Origin: Squalus acanthias
Lineage: Eukaryota
Reading direction: 5' to 3'
Assembly (NCBI GenBank): GCA_030390025.1
Contig: CM059431.1
Coordinates: forward strand, 120,344,001-120,408,000
DNA: 64,000 nucleotides
In this document: one piece after another, positions 24,504-36,839 of the stretch
How the letters are laid out: the number at the start of each line of letters is the position of its first letter
Numbering within the stretch: position 1 is the first letter of the stretch
Made by a program: the position numbers and the translations under genes
Notes under the pieces: model-generated
Database searches by the model: none
Told to the model about the DNA's origin: nothing
What the model saw: the letters and a program-made list of their open reading frames with translations, nothing else

Positions 24504-25965
24504 CTTTAATTATTCTGTTTTACAAAAGTAGCCAAAGGAATTTACATTCTATTCTGGTATGAAAGGTATGAAAGTTTACAATTTGAAAGCATTATATCAG
24601 ATTCCCACAATTCAGACTAATGAATCAAAATAATTATATTTACAAATTATAATGGCAATAGTCAACATTTTTGTATTTTTGCAAAGATTAATCATATCTG
24701 AAACTATTGCTTCATATTAGTAGATAACAGTAGCTAAGAAAATGCCTGTACTGGTTAGAACTGTCTTAAAACAATCTAAAGAATGGAAACTATTGTTACA
24801 ATTGTGCTGAAATAAAGAATGAATTTGAGTTAATCCTTTTGTATTTCTCAATGGGGGTGAATTTCCGTGAGGATTCTTCCTGCTTGTCTGTTGTAACTTC
24901 GACAGAAGAGCCATGAAAACACCGGAGAGACGGTGCAAACGGTGTTTCCCCTATTTTTCCAGGATCCCCAGTGCTATTCTGCTGAAGTTATGGTGATGAG
25001 TGGGAGACCCTCATGGAAATTCCATCCACAATGCACGCCAAGGATCGTATGGATGGAAGAACAGATTGGCCCATGTGGCATCATGTAATGTTGTGCGATG
25101 TAAAAATCGGATAATAGGATATTAGTAACAATTGGGACTTATTCCCTGATTGAGTATTCCCCAGGAAATCACAGGTTCAGAGCTTGTCCGTTTAAATTAA
25201 TGGGGAAAAAAATTGGGCCGGTCTGGTTTGATGGGCGTGCAATCCTTCCCATTCAACATTCCATTTGGTGCTCTACCTAGTTAGTGCGTTGTGCCCAAGC
25301 ACTAAAGAGACAAATCTGCCTCAGAATCTCCTTCAAGAGAGGAAAATGGTTTCTTGCCACTGATGTGTCTTTCACTTCTTTCAGTTATGAAGAAAAATGG
25401 TTCTAATCAACACAAATACTAAATAATCTTTGTGGCCCTTAAATTCTGTAGGGGTTCTCCTGTCGTTTCTCTGGCGCAAGTCCTGTTCCCCCCCCCCCCC
25501 AAAAAAAAAATAGGGAAATCAGTCATAACCTAGTTACGCCAGGCATCTGCTGTTTTTTGAGGGGGGTTCCATTGGTCTGCCACCAGATGTACAAGGGGAG
25601 ACTAGGAGAAACCCAATGGAATTTCAGCACCTGGTACTATTAAATTGTTGTTTGCTGTATATTATGTAAATTGGACATTATGGTGGTATGACTTGCTTCA
25701 GTTCCACTTTAACATAGAGTGGCCTAGAAGTTGGATTGTGCCCAAACCAGGGTGTGAGCCCAGTGTAATGGATGCTGCAGGCGCCTAATGAGGCTGCTGG
25801 CAGGACCACTGCAAATTGGTCCACCAGTCTCATTATTATAGTACCGACAAGCTACAGGCACCAGTCACACCTCACCAGTGGGTGGGAAGGGTTGGCAGCA
25901 AGATCAGCCAGCTTGGATGCCAGCCAAGGGCCTCCGGAGAGCCTGGGAGGGGAAGGATGTCACCT

Positions 25966-26103
25966 CTGACAGTGCAGCATTCTCTCAGTGCTGCACTGGA
26001 ATGTCAGCCTAGCTTTATGTGCTCAAGTCTCTGGAGTGGGATTTGAACCCACAACCTTCTGACTCCGAGGCGAGAGTGCTACCAACTGAGCCACAGCTGA
26101 CAC
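25966..26103 (-). mobile_element. Deu-SINE 5' fragment
   Basis: Reverse complement of the head and body start of 36397-36839. Confidence 0.8.
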
Positions 26104-26312
26104 CGACAAGAGATTAGACATATGTCTAATGCTACTGTGAACAGTTTAGGTTGCTGGAGAGATGGGGCATACTGACAACAAAACTTCCAAGAAAAACTGG
26201 ACATCAATAGTTGCACCCTAAAAGAGCTTCTCAACAGATTGCCCAGGGGTTTGCATTGTGAATGCTCACCTGGTTCATCTATTTCAATTGTGTCTGTTAA
26301 CCAGCGCTAAAC

Positions 26313-26506
26313 CTGCTAAACCTATACATCTTTCCACCTCTCCTCCTTTAAGATGCTCCTTAAAACCTAACTCTTTGTTCAAGCATTTGGTCACCTGTCC
26401 TAATGTCTCCTTCTTTGGTGTCAATTTTTGTCTGATTATCCTCCTGTGAAATACCTTGGGTCGTTTTACTACAGTAAAGGTGCTATATAAATGCAAGTTG
26501 TTGTTG
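26313..26506 (+). mobile_element. L2-type LINE 3' end
   Basis: Ends AAAGGTGCTATATAAATGCAAGT(TGT)n, the tail shared with the Deu-SINE. Confidence 0.7.
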
Positions 26507-27336
26507 CTGCATGGAAATCAGCTAATATGTATATCCACAAGAAAGGAGCCGATCAAACCCCAATAACTGCACACCAGTATACCTACTGCCAGTCATAACA
26601 AAACTCATGGAAATTATTGTGAGTGGAAAAACTATTGCAACATCTCTGATGAGAACCTACTTACTGGTGGATGTTATAAAAATTGATATTCAGTTTGCTG
26701 ATGATACCAGCCTCTTCAGCATGATTAACTGCCCACTTGAAAGATAAACAGCAACCAAATTACTGCAGGTATACATAGACAGAATTGACCAGAAACTTTT
26801 GGCTATGATCTGTTCTGCGACCTATTTTTTGAAGTAGCAATGGAATGTATATATTCAACATAAACCGCTTGACACTTCTGTTCAAATAGTGGAGAAAGTA
26901 ATTTGATATGAGCGCACCAAGCATTCATATGATAACATCATTGATTGTAATTTATATTCTTATATGCCCTGATATTTTTAAAGTAACTAAACTACAACCA
27001 GGCTGAGCATTTGCAAAAACATTCTTATGGTCTGCCATGTGGCTAACACTAATGGAAGCCTATCATCATGTTAACAAGTTTCCCAAAAAAAATACTAAGA
27101 AATCCACATAGGTAGGGCTTCTGTTTGCTCAGCATGGCCACACTTTCTCCGTATAGGAACACATCTCTCTTAATTAAGTCCAAATAGCAACGGCTCAGGT
27201 ATCTTCAAGTCTGCAAAGGGGTACTGCTGGAATTTAGCCAGTCAAATCATACAACTAAGCAGCACAGGGCACTGGTAACTTTCCACTCCCAGTCCAAGCA
27301 GGCCACTCTACCCAAAGGGACATTAGCTTACTCCAG

Positions 27337-27520
27337 AATAACAACAGAAAACGCTGGAAAAACTCAGCAGGCCAGGCAGCATCCGTGGAGAGAGAAAGAG
27401 AGTTAACGTTTCAGGTCGATGACCTTTCATCAGAACTGGGAAGAGCCGGAAATCAAATAGATTTAAGGCCAGGGTAAAGCTGGGAAAAGGGGGAGGGGAT
27501 AAAGGAACAAAGGGGTTCCT
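27337..27520 (-). mobile_element. 184-bp Penelope family-B pLTR fragment
   Basis: 9-bp TSD TTACTCCAG (27328-27336, 27521-27529); homologous to 29912-31250. Confidence 0.8.
27401..27437 (-). ncRNA. Minimal type-I hammerhead ribozyme (family B), intact core
   Basis: AGTT-CTGATGA-A-AGGTC atc GACCT-GAAA-CG-TT-AACT. Confidence 0.8.
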
Positions 27521-27866
27521 TTACTCCAGGTTTAATTAATAACTAGGTTGGCTTTTCAAACATTAACAATGCCTTGGGGCATTGCAGACCAGCCTGGCTC
27601 AGGTATCATGTTAGTAAGTCTGAACTTTCATCACCGGGCCAGTCCAAATGAGATCTACTTTCCTCCTCCCATAGCAGGATAGCCACTAGTTGTTCTGAAG
27701 ACAATTGACAAGCATGGGTTGGAGCAGAAAGCAGGTACCAGGAGCTCTTAATAAGTGGCATGGTCAGCAGCAAACCTCACCATAAAATGTCATGGTACTT
27801 TTCTATCATAGGGTAGATTTTCTATATATTTGTACTCTCGTCACAGATTATCAAACCCAAATTCCT

Positions 27867-27922
27867 GGGGGGGGAAATTCGGTTGGTTAGCGCCTCCCGT
27901 TAGTGCCTCTGGGGGGCGCTAA
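27867..27922 (+). mobile_element. Solo terminal fragment of the 31688 Harbinger family
   Basis: GGGGAAATTCGGTTGGTTAGCGCCTCCCGTTAG matches 31689-31740. Confidence 0.7.
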
Positions 27923-29681
27923 CATATTACCAACAATTCCTGGAATCTTCTCCAGCAGTTTCACACTAGTAAAGTAGATACAATTCAGAAATCTGCCTGC
28001 TATTTACCTTAAGTATTGAGATTGGGATCTTCCATTTTAATGTCTCTTATTTGCATATGGCACAAATTGATTATAGATACAAAACATACGAAAAATGTCA
28101 GACAGGAAAAGACCTACTGGTTCATTAAGCCTGTCCCATATAATTGTGATGTCCTATGCATCAAAATACATACACTCCCTACCCCACACAGAGCCATGGA
28201 ATCTCATGGGAGAAGCAAAAATACAGAGAATGACACAGGTCAATTAGGAGGGAAAAAATCTAGAAAGTTCCTCTTCAAACTCCCTTAGGAAATCGAAACT
28301 ATTCTAGGAGCCCACTCTGGCCCTGATTCATCTTACACGGTACCTATTTCCTAACTGATTCATTCCCACTCCAAATAAACTCTTGTATTTACCAGAGTTT
28401 TCTTCTATCTTCATTCCTTTTGTAGGCTCAACATTAACAAGGCTTTCTTCAACTCTTATTCTCATTTAACGGTGGAATTCCCTGTCAAACTCCAATGCTG
28501 ATCCTTATCAAAATTCAAATGTCTCCCTGTACATACTACAATATAATTCCTTTTTCTATCCACTGGATCATTTTTTTCTTTTTCTGAATCTCCTGCTTTT
28601 ATCACATTGTTAGAATGATGGGAAACAATTACTACTGTAAACCTGATGTACTAATTATTTGTATCTAATTTGTACATATTTCTATATTCCACCTCATTCC
28701 TATTACTTATACAATCCATTGTATTATAATCATTGCTAACACTGTTCCTAAGCAACCAAACCACCACAGTTTCCCTGGAGGCAAACCTTTAATCAAATGC
28801 TTATTAACTCTGGGTGCACTCTGCGCAGCAGTTTTCCTGTAATTTGTACTGTCGTGAAAGTGAATACATTTATAATTTACATCTGAAATGCGTTAAGTTA
28901 AAATTAGTTACGAACTAATAGTTTATTGATTTCAATTAGAATGGAATGATGTTAAAACTTTAAGCTAAGCATATTAAGCAGAAATGAAATTTCCAACAAA
29001 CTTGCACCTGAAGAACTAAACTATTAAACTTTTGCTTTAAGCAAATGCAATCAGATCAGATCATAACTTTTTTTTTAGCACGTTTTGTTTGATAAAGGAT
29101 ATTTGGACTTTGTCCATTGTTTTCTGATTATCTTTTATGATTGTGGAATCATATGTAGTATCTCCCTTCAAACCGGCTATCCGACTAAAGGCTACATTAC
29201 AAACTAACCACCCAGCAAATCTAAGTTAATGTCATAACATCTTAATAAGTTGAGCAGGAGATTCCAATCCTGTTACGATCAGCTTCCCTTTGCTGAATTT
29301 CAACTGATCTTAGACTTGGCTCAATGTGGTAAACAGTTACTGCATTTGCCAGAATTTTACTTGTGAACCTGACAAACATGTTTCTACTAGTTTGGAAACA
29401 GACAAGCTCTGAAATTCCAAATCCCGCAATCCATCGCCTGAAGTGAGGCATGGCAAGACTTCTGTCCGCCCTATGGTTCTGATGCTGACTCCACCAGCTC
29501 ATTAGACTATTGCTAGGCCGGACGATGACACGATTCGCTCCAACAATTGGTGCAGCGAACCTGAGAGGCCCAGAAAATATTAGGGAGAACAGAGGAAGTA
29601 CTCTGAGATTGCAGCTGCAGCATTTCAATCAGGACTGCTCTTAAAGTGAAAGCAGAAGACATAGCTCCAACAGGAAGCAGT

Positions 29682-29905
29682 AAGAAGAGAGCAGCAAATT
29701 TCTCAGAGAATGATATAAATACTCTTCTTACTAAGACTAGGTGTAGAGAGAATACAATAGTAGGAGTGGTTGGTAGGAGATCAGCCAATACAGCAGCCAA
29801 AGCTCTGTGAAAAGAAGTAGCATGGCTAGTGAGTGGCAACTCCCTGTCGCCAGGTCCTCTCTCTAGCACAGGACAAAATTTACTAAGCTGAAAGAGTCAG
29901 CAAAT
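29682..29905 (+). pseudogene. Decayed Myb/SANT-like exon of an old Harbinger
   Basis: KKRAANFSENDINTLL...AKAL*KEVA resembles the Myb exon 1 at 35167-35403. Confidence 0.6.
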
Positions 29906-30011
29906 ATAAGTATAAAAGCAAAATATTGCAGATGCTGGAAAACTAAAATAAAAACAGAAAATGCTGGAAATACTCAGCAGGTCAGGCAGCATCTGTGGGG
30001 AGACAAACAAA

Positions 30012-30831
30012 GGGCTGGATTTTGCCAAGCTTTTGGAGGCGGGACTCCCACTTGTCGGGTTTTAGTCCCGCCTCCATCGACTTCTGGCCAACCCATGCTA
30101 TTTTCCCTTGATTGACCTTGTTAAGCCTGTCTAGCGGGCTTAGCAGGCCAATTAAGGGGAAGCTGGTTATAGAGAATGTTTCTGTCAAAAATTTTTGACA
30201 GATGAATTGTCATTGTTTGACAGCTCTGTGAAGCTGTCAAGCACTGACATTCTCTGTAGTTTGATGAGTTCTTGTATTCAAGACTCATCAAACCCCTTTC
30301 TTTAGCAGAAATTAGATGGTTGTTGCATTGGAGCATGCAGCAGCCATCTGTCATCTCTGCCACAGAGATGCGAGACTCTCTGCATCTCCAACGATTGAAG
30401 CCTGCAGGAAGAAACAAAGGTAAGTAAACATTTTCTAACACTTTCCACTTACATCACATACTCACCTCTCCACACTTGCACTCATCACTTACCTTCACAG
30501 CGCACTTTTGCATCCCTCCGACCCCCGTAGACCCACTGCTCGCCTCGCTGACCCTGGCGGGATTCGCAGCCTTTGGGAAGCCCATACTTGTGTGGGTAAA
30601 ATGGGGATAATCCTCTTATCTGCCTGTTAACTACCTGGCAGGCAGTTAAGTGGCTATAATCCCCTTCCCGCCTCCAGGAGACGGGACCCGGCGTGGGTCG
30701 GCTACCCGCGTCCTGGAAAGATGGCACGGAGGCGGGTTGGGGGTGGGATGGGCACCCGCCCCCAGATTCTGCCATTTTCCCGGCAGTCCCGCCTCCAAAC
30801 CCGCCTCCCCAGGGCTGGTAAGATCACTCCC
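30012..30831. mobile_element. 820-bp Harbinger-type non-autonomous element
   Basis: Interrupts the Penelope pLTR cleanly; AAA TSD (30009-30011, 30832-30834); GGG..CCC imperfect TIR. Confidence 0.75.
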
Positions 30832-30833
30832 AA

Positions 30834-30870
30834 AGTTAACGTTTCAAGTCCAAGACCTTTCATCAGAACT
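30834..30870 (-). ncRNA. Minimal type-I hammerhead ribozyme (family B), intact core
   Basis: AGTT-CTGATGA-A-AGGTC ttg GACTT-GAAA-CG-TT-AACT. Confidence 0.78.
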
Positions 30871-32178
30871 GGAAAAAGTTAGAGATGTAAGAGGTTTTAA
30901 GCAAGTCCATGGCACGGAAAGGGGGAGGGGAGGAAAGAACAAAAGGGAAGGTCTGTGATAGGGTGGAAGGCAGGAAAGAATGAATGACAAAAGGTATGAT
31001 GATGCTGCAAGGCAAAAGGAGATGGTAATGGGACAGGTAAAGAAACAAAAGATGGGTCTAGAGGAGCTGAAAATGACAAAAGAAGAATCATTACCAGCAA
31101 TTGCTGTTCGAAAAAATAGGAGCAGTGGTTATGGTCTGAAATTGTTGAACTCAATGTTGAGTCTGGAAGGCTGTAAAGTGCTTCATTGAAAGTGCCTAAT
31201 GAGGAACAGCATCGCATTTTCCAATTAGGCACTTTACAGCCTTCTAGAACACAGAGGTCTCCTGACACAGAACTCCATGGATATATTGAGGAACGAACTG
31301 CTGGCATTATATACTCTGGTGGCTGGGTATCTGTAGGTGGGTCTAGACTTCCTGCAATGCTGCCTTATGAGCCTGGCTTCCTGGGTTGCCTGATGGCCCA
31401 TCTCTTCTTCCTCCAACAAATAAATGGTTAAAGAAGGCAATCTCCATGGGGAGTAAAGACAAATTTGCAGCCTTCCCCTTCAGCTTAGAGAAACTCCCCA
31501 AACAGTCTGGAGGGAGACTTTCAAATGAAGTGAAGAGCCCCAAAATTAAATGCACAATAATTCCAAAGCCACTCCAAAATAAAGTAATAACTCTCTATAT
31601 AACACCACAATGAAACACAGCAATTCACCTTTAAGATTCCAGCAAGAGCCATTCTAATTTGTTGTTCGATGCTATCTTTGTTTTATAGGGGGAAAAATTC
31701 AATTGGTTGCGCCTCCCGTTAGCGCCTTAAGAGGGCGCTAATGGGGCGCAAAGCCGCTAGCGCCCGGGCGCAGTGATGTTTGCGCCGCTCGGGAACTTAA
31801 CTAGACATTGTGCGGCGGCGCTAAACTTTACCGCCGCGACGACCTGCGCGCGCAGATTGTGATGTCATTCCATGGTGCAACGCCCTTGTGGTGCCCCGGA
31901 GCGGAAATTGAGTGGCGCCCCCTGCCTTACCGCCTGGCGCATCCAACGACCGGAAGACTGGAACGCTATCAATCGCTGTGGGGCTGGGGGGGGCGCTATT
32001 TAAAGGGGGCCTCTTCCTGTCTTTTTCTGTGGTTGACATTTTTGCACCACTCATTCTGAGAGAGAGAGAGAGAGACTTCTGCATTGAGTCAACGCTTTGT
32101 GAGGTAGTTTTGCCTACTGATCCTAACTTCGCTGGTACTTTGGTTGCTGTCCTTCATAACTTTGCTTGCAAAGAGACT

Positions 32179-33339
32179 ATGGGGGCTGCACTGAATGGGG
32201 GCGTCGTCCTGCTCCAGCTGAATCGGAGGACACAGAGACGCAGAGAGAGAGTGGCAATGATGGCCAGACGGAGGAGGGCCAACAGGCATCTGTACAGGAG
32301 AGCTTACCCTCCCAGGGTATATCGTGAACAGCTCTCCTACATTCATATGTCTGAGGAGCTGTGTTTGCGAAGGCTGCGATTCAGCAAGGAGGTGGTCACT
32401 GAGCTCTGCCACCTGCTGCAGCCAGATCTGCAGCCTCAACTGAGGTCCAGGACGTCTCTGTCGGTGGCAGTGAAGGTCACAGTGGCTCTCAACTTCTATG
32501 CTACTGGCTCATTTCAAGCTGCTGCTGGGGACCTCGCCAATATCTCCTAGTTCGTGGTGCATTGCTGCATCCGGCAGGTCACAAATGCCCTCTTTAAAAG
32601 GAGACGAGAGTTCATCTCTTTCCCCATGACCCCAGACAAGCAGCGTGACCGCGCTCTGGGCTTTGCGAGGATAGCGGGCTTCCCCATGGTGCAGGGCGTC
32701 ATTGACTGCACGCATGTGGCTTTGCGTGCTCCACATGAGAATGCCGAGGAATTCCGGAACAGAAAGGGGTTCCATTCCTTGAATGTTCAGTTGGTCTGTG
32801 ACCACAGACAGCTGATACTCGCTGTCAATGCCCACTATCCTGGCAGCTGCCACGATGCTTTCATCCTGCGCCAGACTACTGTGGCAGAACTTTTCGAGGC
32901 ACCGCATCAGCCAGTTGGTTGGCTTCTCGGGGACAAGGGGTATCCATTGAGCACCTGGCTGATGACACCGCTCCATACGCCCAACACCCCTGCTGAGCTG
33001 CGGTACAACGAGAGCCATCAAGCTACCAGGAACATCATTGAGCGCACAATCGGCGTGCTGAAGCAACGGTTCCGCTGTCTCGACCATTCTGGAGGAGCCC
33101 TGCAGTACTCGCCTGAGCGAGTATCCAACTTCGTAGTTGTGTGCTGCATGTTGCATAACATGGCAATCGTCAGGACCCAGCCAATGCCACCAGGACTTGG
33201 AGCACCACCAGAGGAGGAGGAGGAAGAGGAGGAAGAGGACGAGGAGGATGATCATCAACAGCACCAAGGCGGGAGGGCGGCCCACAATGGTGAAACTGCA
33301 AGGGCCGTCCGTCAACGGCTGAAAGCAAGCCGCTTCTAG
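32179..33339 (+). pseudogene. Harbinger (HARBI1-like) DDE transposase, 386 codons, one in-frame TAG at 32548-32550
   Basis: IDCTH, RNRKGFHSLNVQLVCD, PGSCHDAFI, LLGDKGY, IIERTIGVLKQRFRCL, CCMLHN; the paralog at 59849-61051 has Gln at the stop position. Confidence 0.93.
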
Positions 33340-33637
33340 GGCCCCTGCTGTGGAAATGGTTTCTGCCATTGCTAACAACATCAATGAACCTAAGCCGGCC
33401 AAGGCACCAATGATTCCAAACACCAAACATGTATATTTTGAATACAAAAACTTATTTATTTTACAAACTCTGTGTGTGTCATTTCCTCATGACAAACTCA
33501 TAGAAATAAACACAACAAAACAATCATTAACATAACTGGTTCTCACAACCTGGAGATAATGTCCAAAACACTAGACAAAAGTTGGACCACGAACCTCAGC
33601 CTTTAATAAAAAAATGACCAGCATTTTGTCACACCTC

Positions 33638-35403
33638 CTACTTTTTGCCCTTCGAGGGTGATCTCCTTCCCTTGCGCACTTCCCCCCTTCTAACCCTACT
33701 GCTCCTCCGTAATGGGACCTCAGTGGCTGCAGCAAGGCTGGTGGAAGGCTGCTGATTGTCAGACCCTGACACTGCAGATGCCCCTGAAGGACGGCCTCGA
33801 CCAGTTCTGGGCCTGGAGGGCCCGGCTGCAGACTGCACCAACTCTGCATGGGCGGCAGCAGTCTGTCCTACAGGCGGTGGCAAGTGCAGTGGAGAAGTGA
33901 CAGTGTTGGCAGCAGGAATGCTGTCATCGTGAGCGAGGACAGCAACTCCCTGCTCGACCGACACACTGGCACTCCCACGGGGCAGCACTTCAGCATCCGG
34001 AGCAATCTGCTGGAGCACAAATTGCTGGCCTGCTGCGGCGCGGTGAGAGCCCCGGGGACATGTGAATGAACCATCGAGGTTGGCAGCAGTCAGTGCTCGC
34101 GTGGCCTCAATCTGAGTCTGCAGGAGAGCAGTCAGAGATGGGATCACGGCAGTCAGTGACTGAATTGCAGCACTAAGCATTAGTGTGGCATCCGCCTGTG
34201 CTACAGCGAAGTGCTCCACACTCCTTGCCAGTGACTCAATGCATTCGGGCAATCTTCCCACTGCACCCATGAGCTCAGTGTGCATGCCCACCGCCTGGGT
34301 GTTCATTTCTGCGATCAGCCGCTCCTCTTCTGCGTCCATTGCAGTAGGAGTCGCTGGCATACTCTCCCTCTGGGGAGAAGGCCCCCGTTCTTCCCTACCC
34401 CCATGGCGTTGCTGCAGCCCGCTGGGTCCTGGAGCTTCACCCTCATCAGACCCTTCCCCCCTGCTCCCCTCCAGGGAAGGCGTGTTCCCAGTGTGGGCAT
34501 GGGCTTCCTCAGGAGAGGGTGGCACTGATGCTCCGGCTTCCTCTTCCTCCTCGGCTGCAGCTTCACTCCCACTGGCAGCTTCAGGGCCCGTCTCCTCAGC
34601 TGGTGAATCACCATCTGAAAGCAGGGAGGTACAAGAGTGGCTTTAGCGTGAGGACAGGGTGGCAGTAAGGGAGGAATAAGTGCAGCGCGTTAGCAAGTTG
34701 GATTGAAAGTGTCAAAGGCTGGTGTTGTGAGGGACAAGTGGAAGGACAGAGGACAAAAAGGTGATGACCTTACCATTGCTGTCCAGAACGGGGTCGGTGT
34801 CTCCAGTGGCGACGGGACCGATCACCCGGCTTGCCACAATCCTGTGGACGCGCTCCTCAAGATCGCTGAGGGGTTGCAGCTGAGGCCGCCCTCCACCTGT
34901 CCATTGCTGCTGTCTCCTATTATGCGCCAGCTTGGCCTGCAAGAAAAAGGACAGCATCTGAGTAAATATACAGCCATGGTCTTGCCTGATGTGCCTCCCA
35001 TAGGTGAATAGCCCTTACTGTATGCAAAGTGTGGAATGTGTGTGTGTGTTTCATGAAATGGCCATAGGTGTTGGATGAGTGTTGTGCATTGGGGTTTTAA
35101 GACCCTCTGGCCATAGAGTGAGGTTGAGATGGAGGGATGGAGAGGTATTGAGAAAAAGCCACTCACCCTGACGACCCGAGTGAGGTCGTTGAACTTTTTG
35201 CGGCATTGAACATGGGTCCTGGGCACCATGCTCCTGGAGGAGACGCTGTGAGCCACCTCCCTCCTCACTCTTCTGTATTCGCGTGGCAAAGGCCTCCTGC
35301 CACTCTCAGGGAAGAGTATACATCTTCTGCGCTCCACCGCGCCAACCAGAGCATCCAAGGCCCGCTCGGTGAAGCGCTGAGCTCGTTCTCTCACCCTCTC
35401 CAT
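33638..35403 (-). CDS. Harbinger Myb/SANT-like DNA-binding protein, 3 exons (35403-35167, 34936-34774, 34614-33638), 458 aa
   Basis: MERVRERAQRFTE...QCRKKFNDLTRVVR|gtgagt; ttgcag|AKLAHN...|gtaagg; tttcag|...KGKK*; exons of 237+163+977 nt join into one open frame; basic C-terminal NLS-like tail. Confidence 0.85.
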
Positions 35404-36396
35404 CCTTGGCAGCAAAATGGATTCGCAGGTCTCTCCAGGCCGAGATTCAAGGCTGCAATGAGCAGGGTGTGGCTGGGGAGCAAGATGCCCCCCCCCCCCC
35501 CCCTTTAAGAACTGGCTGGCGCCAGTGTGTCTGTGTTCCCTCGCTAACTGGCAGCACCTGCGCTGCGCTCGCGCGCTGAGTTAGCGCCTCACTGCTCGGC
35601 CTTTGCGCCTTAAGACAGGTGTGCAGCGCCTGATTTAGCGCTCCACTCACCTCCCGGGGTGGTAAAAGTGAAGTTTCCAGTCAGTGGCGATAATTAGCGC
35701 CAGGCGCTAATTTTTGCGTCCAGACGATATTTGCGCCCCAAACGGGGCGCGACCTAATTTTTCCCCATAGTACCATATCTTAGATTGACAGATCTAAGGG
35801 CAGAATAATGGAATTTAGGATGGATGATATCATCCTGATTAATCCCATCGACAGCATAAAACTATTGGGGCCTGACTTTAAATCAGCCCGCTTAAAGAAA
35901 TCGGGATAGTAGTGGCCCGAAAATGGTATCAGATTACTTACCGTCCCCTTTACGCTGGCACTTGGTCACTTCCATCTTGGAATGTCTTTCAATGGGCGAC
36001 CAGAGCATCCACTTGTTTGTAGTGGCTATGCAATTTTGATATGGAAATCAGGGACCTAAGATATACATAGGATACACAATTGCAACTTTGAGGGACAAAT
36101 GGACACAGTGAGCGCCCCTTTGGTCCAGGCTGCAATTTGAAAAAATCATGAATCATAGAATGGTTACAGCACAGAAGGAGGCCATTTGGCCGGTCGAGCC
36201 CGTGCCGGCTCTCTGCAAGATGGCCCCAAATCTTTTTTGATTTCAGTTTTGTGGGGTCAGGAGGAGCAGGACTGCTCACTTCTCTCTACGATTGGTTCCC
36301 CCAGACCTACCTGCCTGCAAGCCAGCTCGGCATCCAAACCAATCAAAATGTATCCACTGTCCAACTGGCAAGCTGCAGTGGCATGCAGCTCACTTG

Positions 36397-36839
36397 TGTC
36401 AGCTGTGGCTCAATTGGTAGCACACTCGCCTCTGAGTCAGAAGGTTGTGGGTTCATAGTCCCACACCAGGGACTTGAGCACATAAAGTTAGGCTGACACT
36501 CCAGTGGAGTGCTGTACTGTCAGAGGTGCCATCTTTCAGATGAGACGCTAAACCGAGACCCCGTCTGCTCTCTCAGGTGGACGTAAAAGATCCCATGGCA
36601 CTATTTTGAAGAAGAGCAGGGGAGTTCTCCTGGTGTCCTGGCCAATATTTATCCCTCAACCAACATAACAAAAACAGATTATCTGGCCATTATCACATTG
36701 CTGTTTGTGGGAGCTTGCTGTGTGCAAATTGGCTGCCGTGTTTCCCACATTACAACAGTGACTCCACTTCATTGGTTGTAAAGCGCTTTGAGACATCCGG
36801 TGGTTGTGAAAGGCGCTATATAAATGCAAGTCTTTCTTT
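36397..36839 (+). mobile_element. Full-length tRNA-derived Deu-domain SINE (SacSINE1-like)
   Basis: A box TGGCTCAATTGG, B-box-like GGTTCAT, Deu core, L2-like tail, (CTTT)n; CACTTG duplicated at the flanks. Confidence 0.88.

Larger units (their letters stand above)
29912..31250 (-). mobile_element. Penelope family-B 3' fragment, split by a MITE, ending in a short inversion
   Basis: Minus-strand ORF end TLQPSRLNIEFNNFRP*; inverted EEQHRIFQLGTLQPS at 31201-31250. Confidence 0.75.
31688..35766 (+). mobile_element. Full-length PIF/Harbinger DNA transposon with two convergent genes
   Basis: TIR GGGGAAAAATT / AATTTTTCCCC; ATA TSD (31685-31687, 35767-35769); transposase on +, Myb/SANT gene on -. 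Confidence 0.95.

Noticed and set aside
24853..25631. Short degenerate palindromes (~24853-25028, ~25434-25631; also ~55017-55111) as structured ncRNAs
   Set aside because: GG..CC ends with GAAATT motifs indicate old palindromic MITEs; too decayed to delimit.
32509..33447. 312-aa antisense ORF and similar shadow ORFs (5406-6128, 34185-34646, 59819-60286)
   Set aside because: Antisense or off-frame products of GC-rich TE sequence with no independent motifs.
32179..35403. Domesticated host genes HARBI1 / NAIF1 / MSANTD
   Set aside because: Both ORFs lie within TIRs and a TSD, have decayed paralogs in the window, and the nuclease has a stop.
36397..36470. tRNA gene (also 5564, 26040, 41470, 45667)
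   Set aside because: A/B boxes run directly into SINE bodies; no complete cloverleaf.
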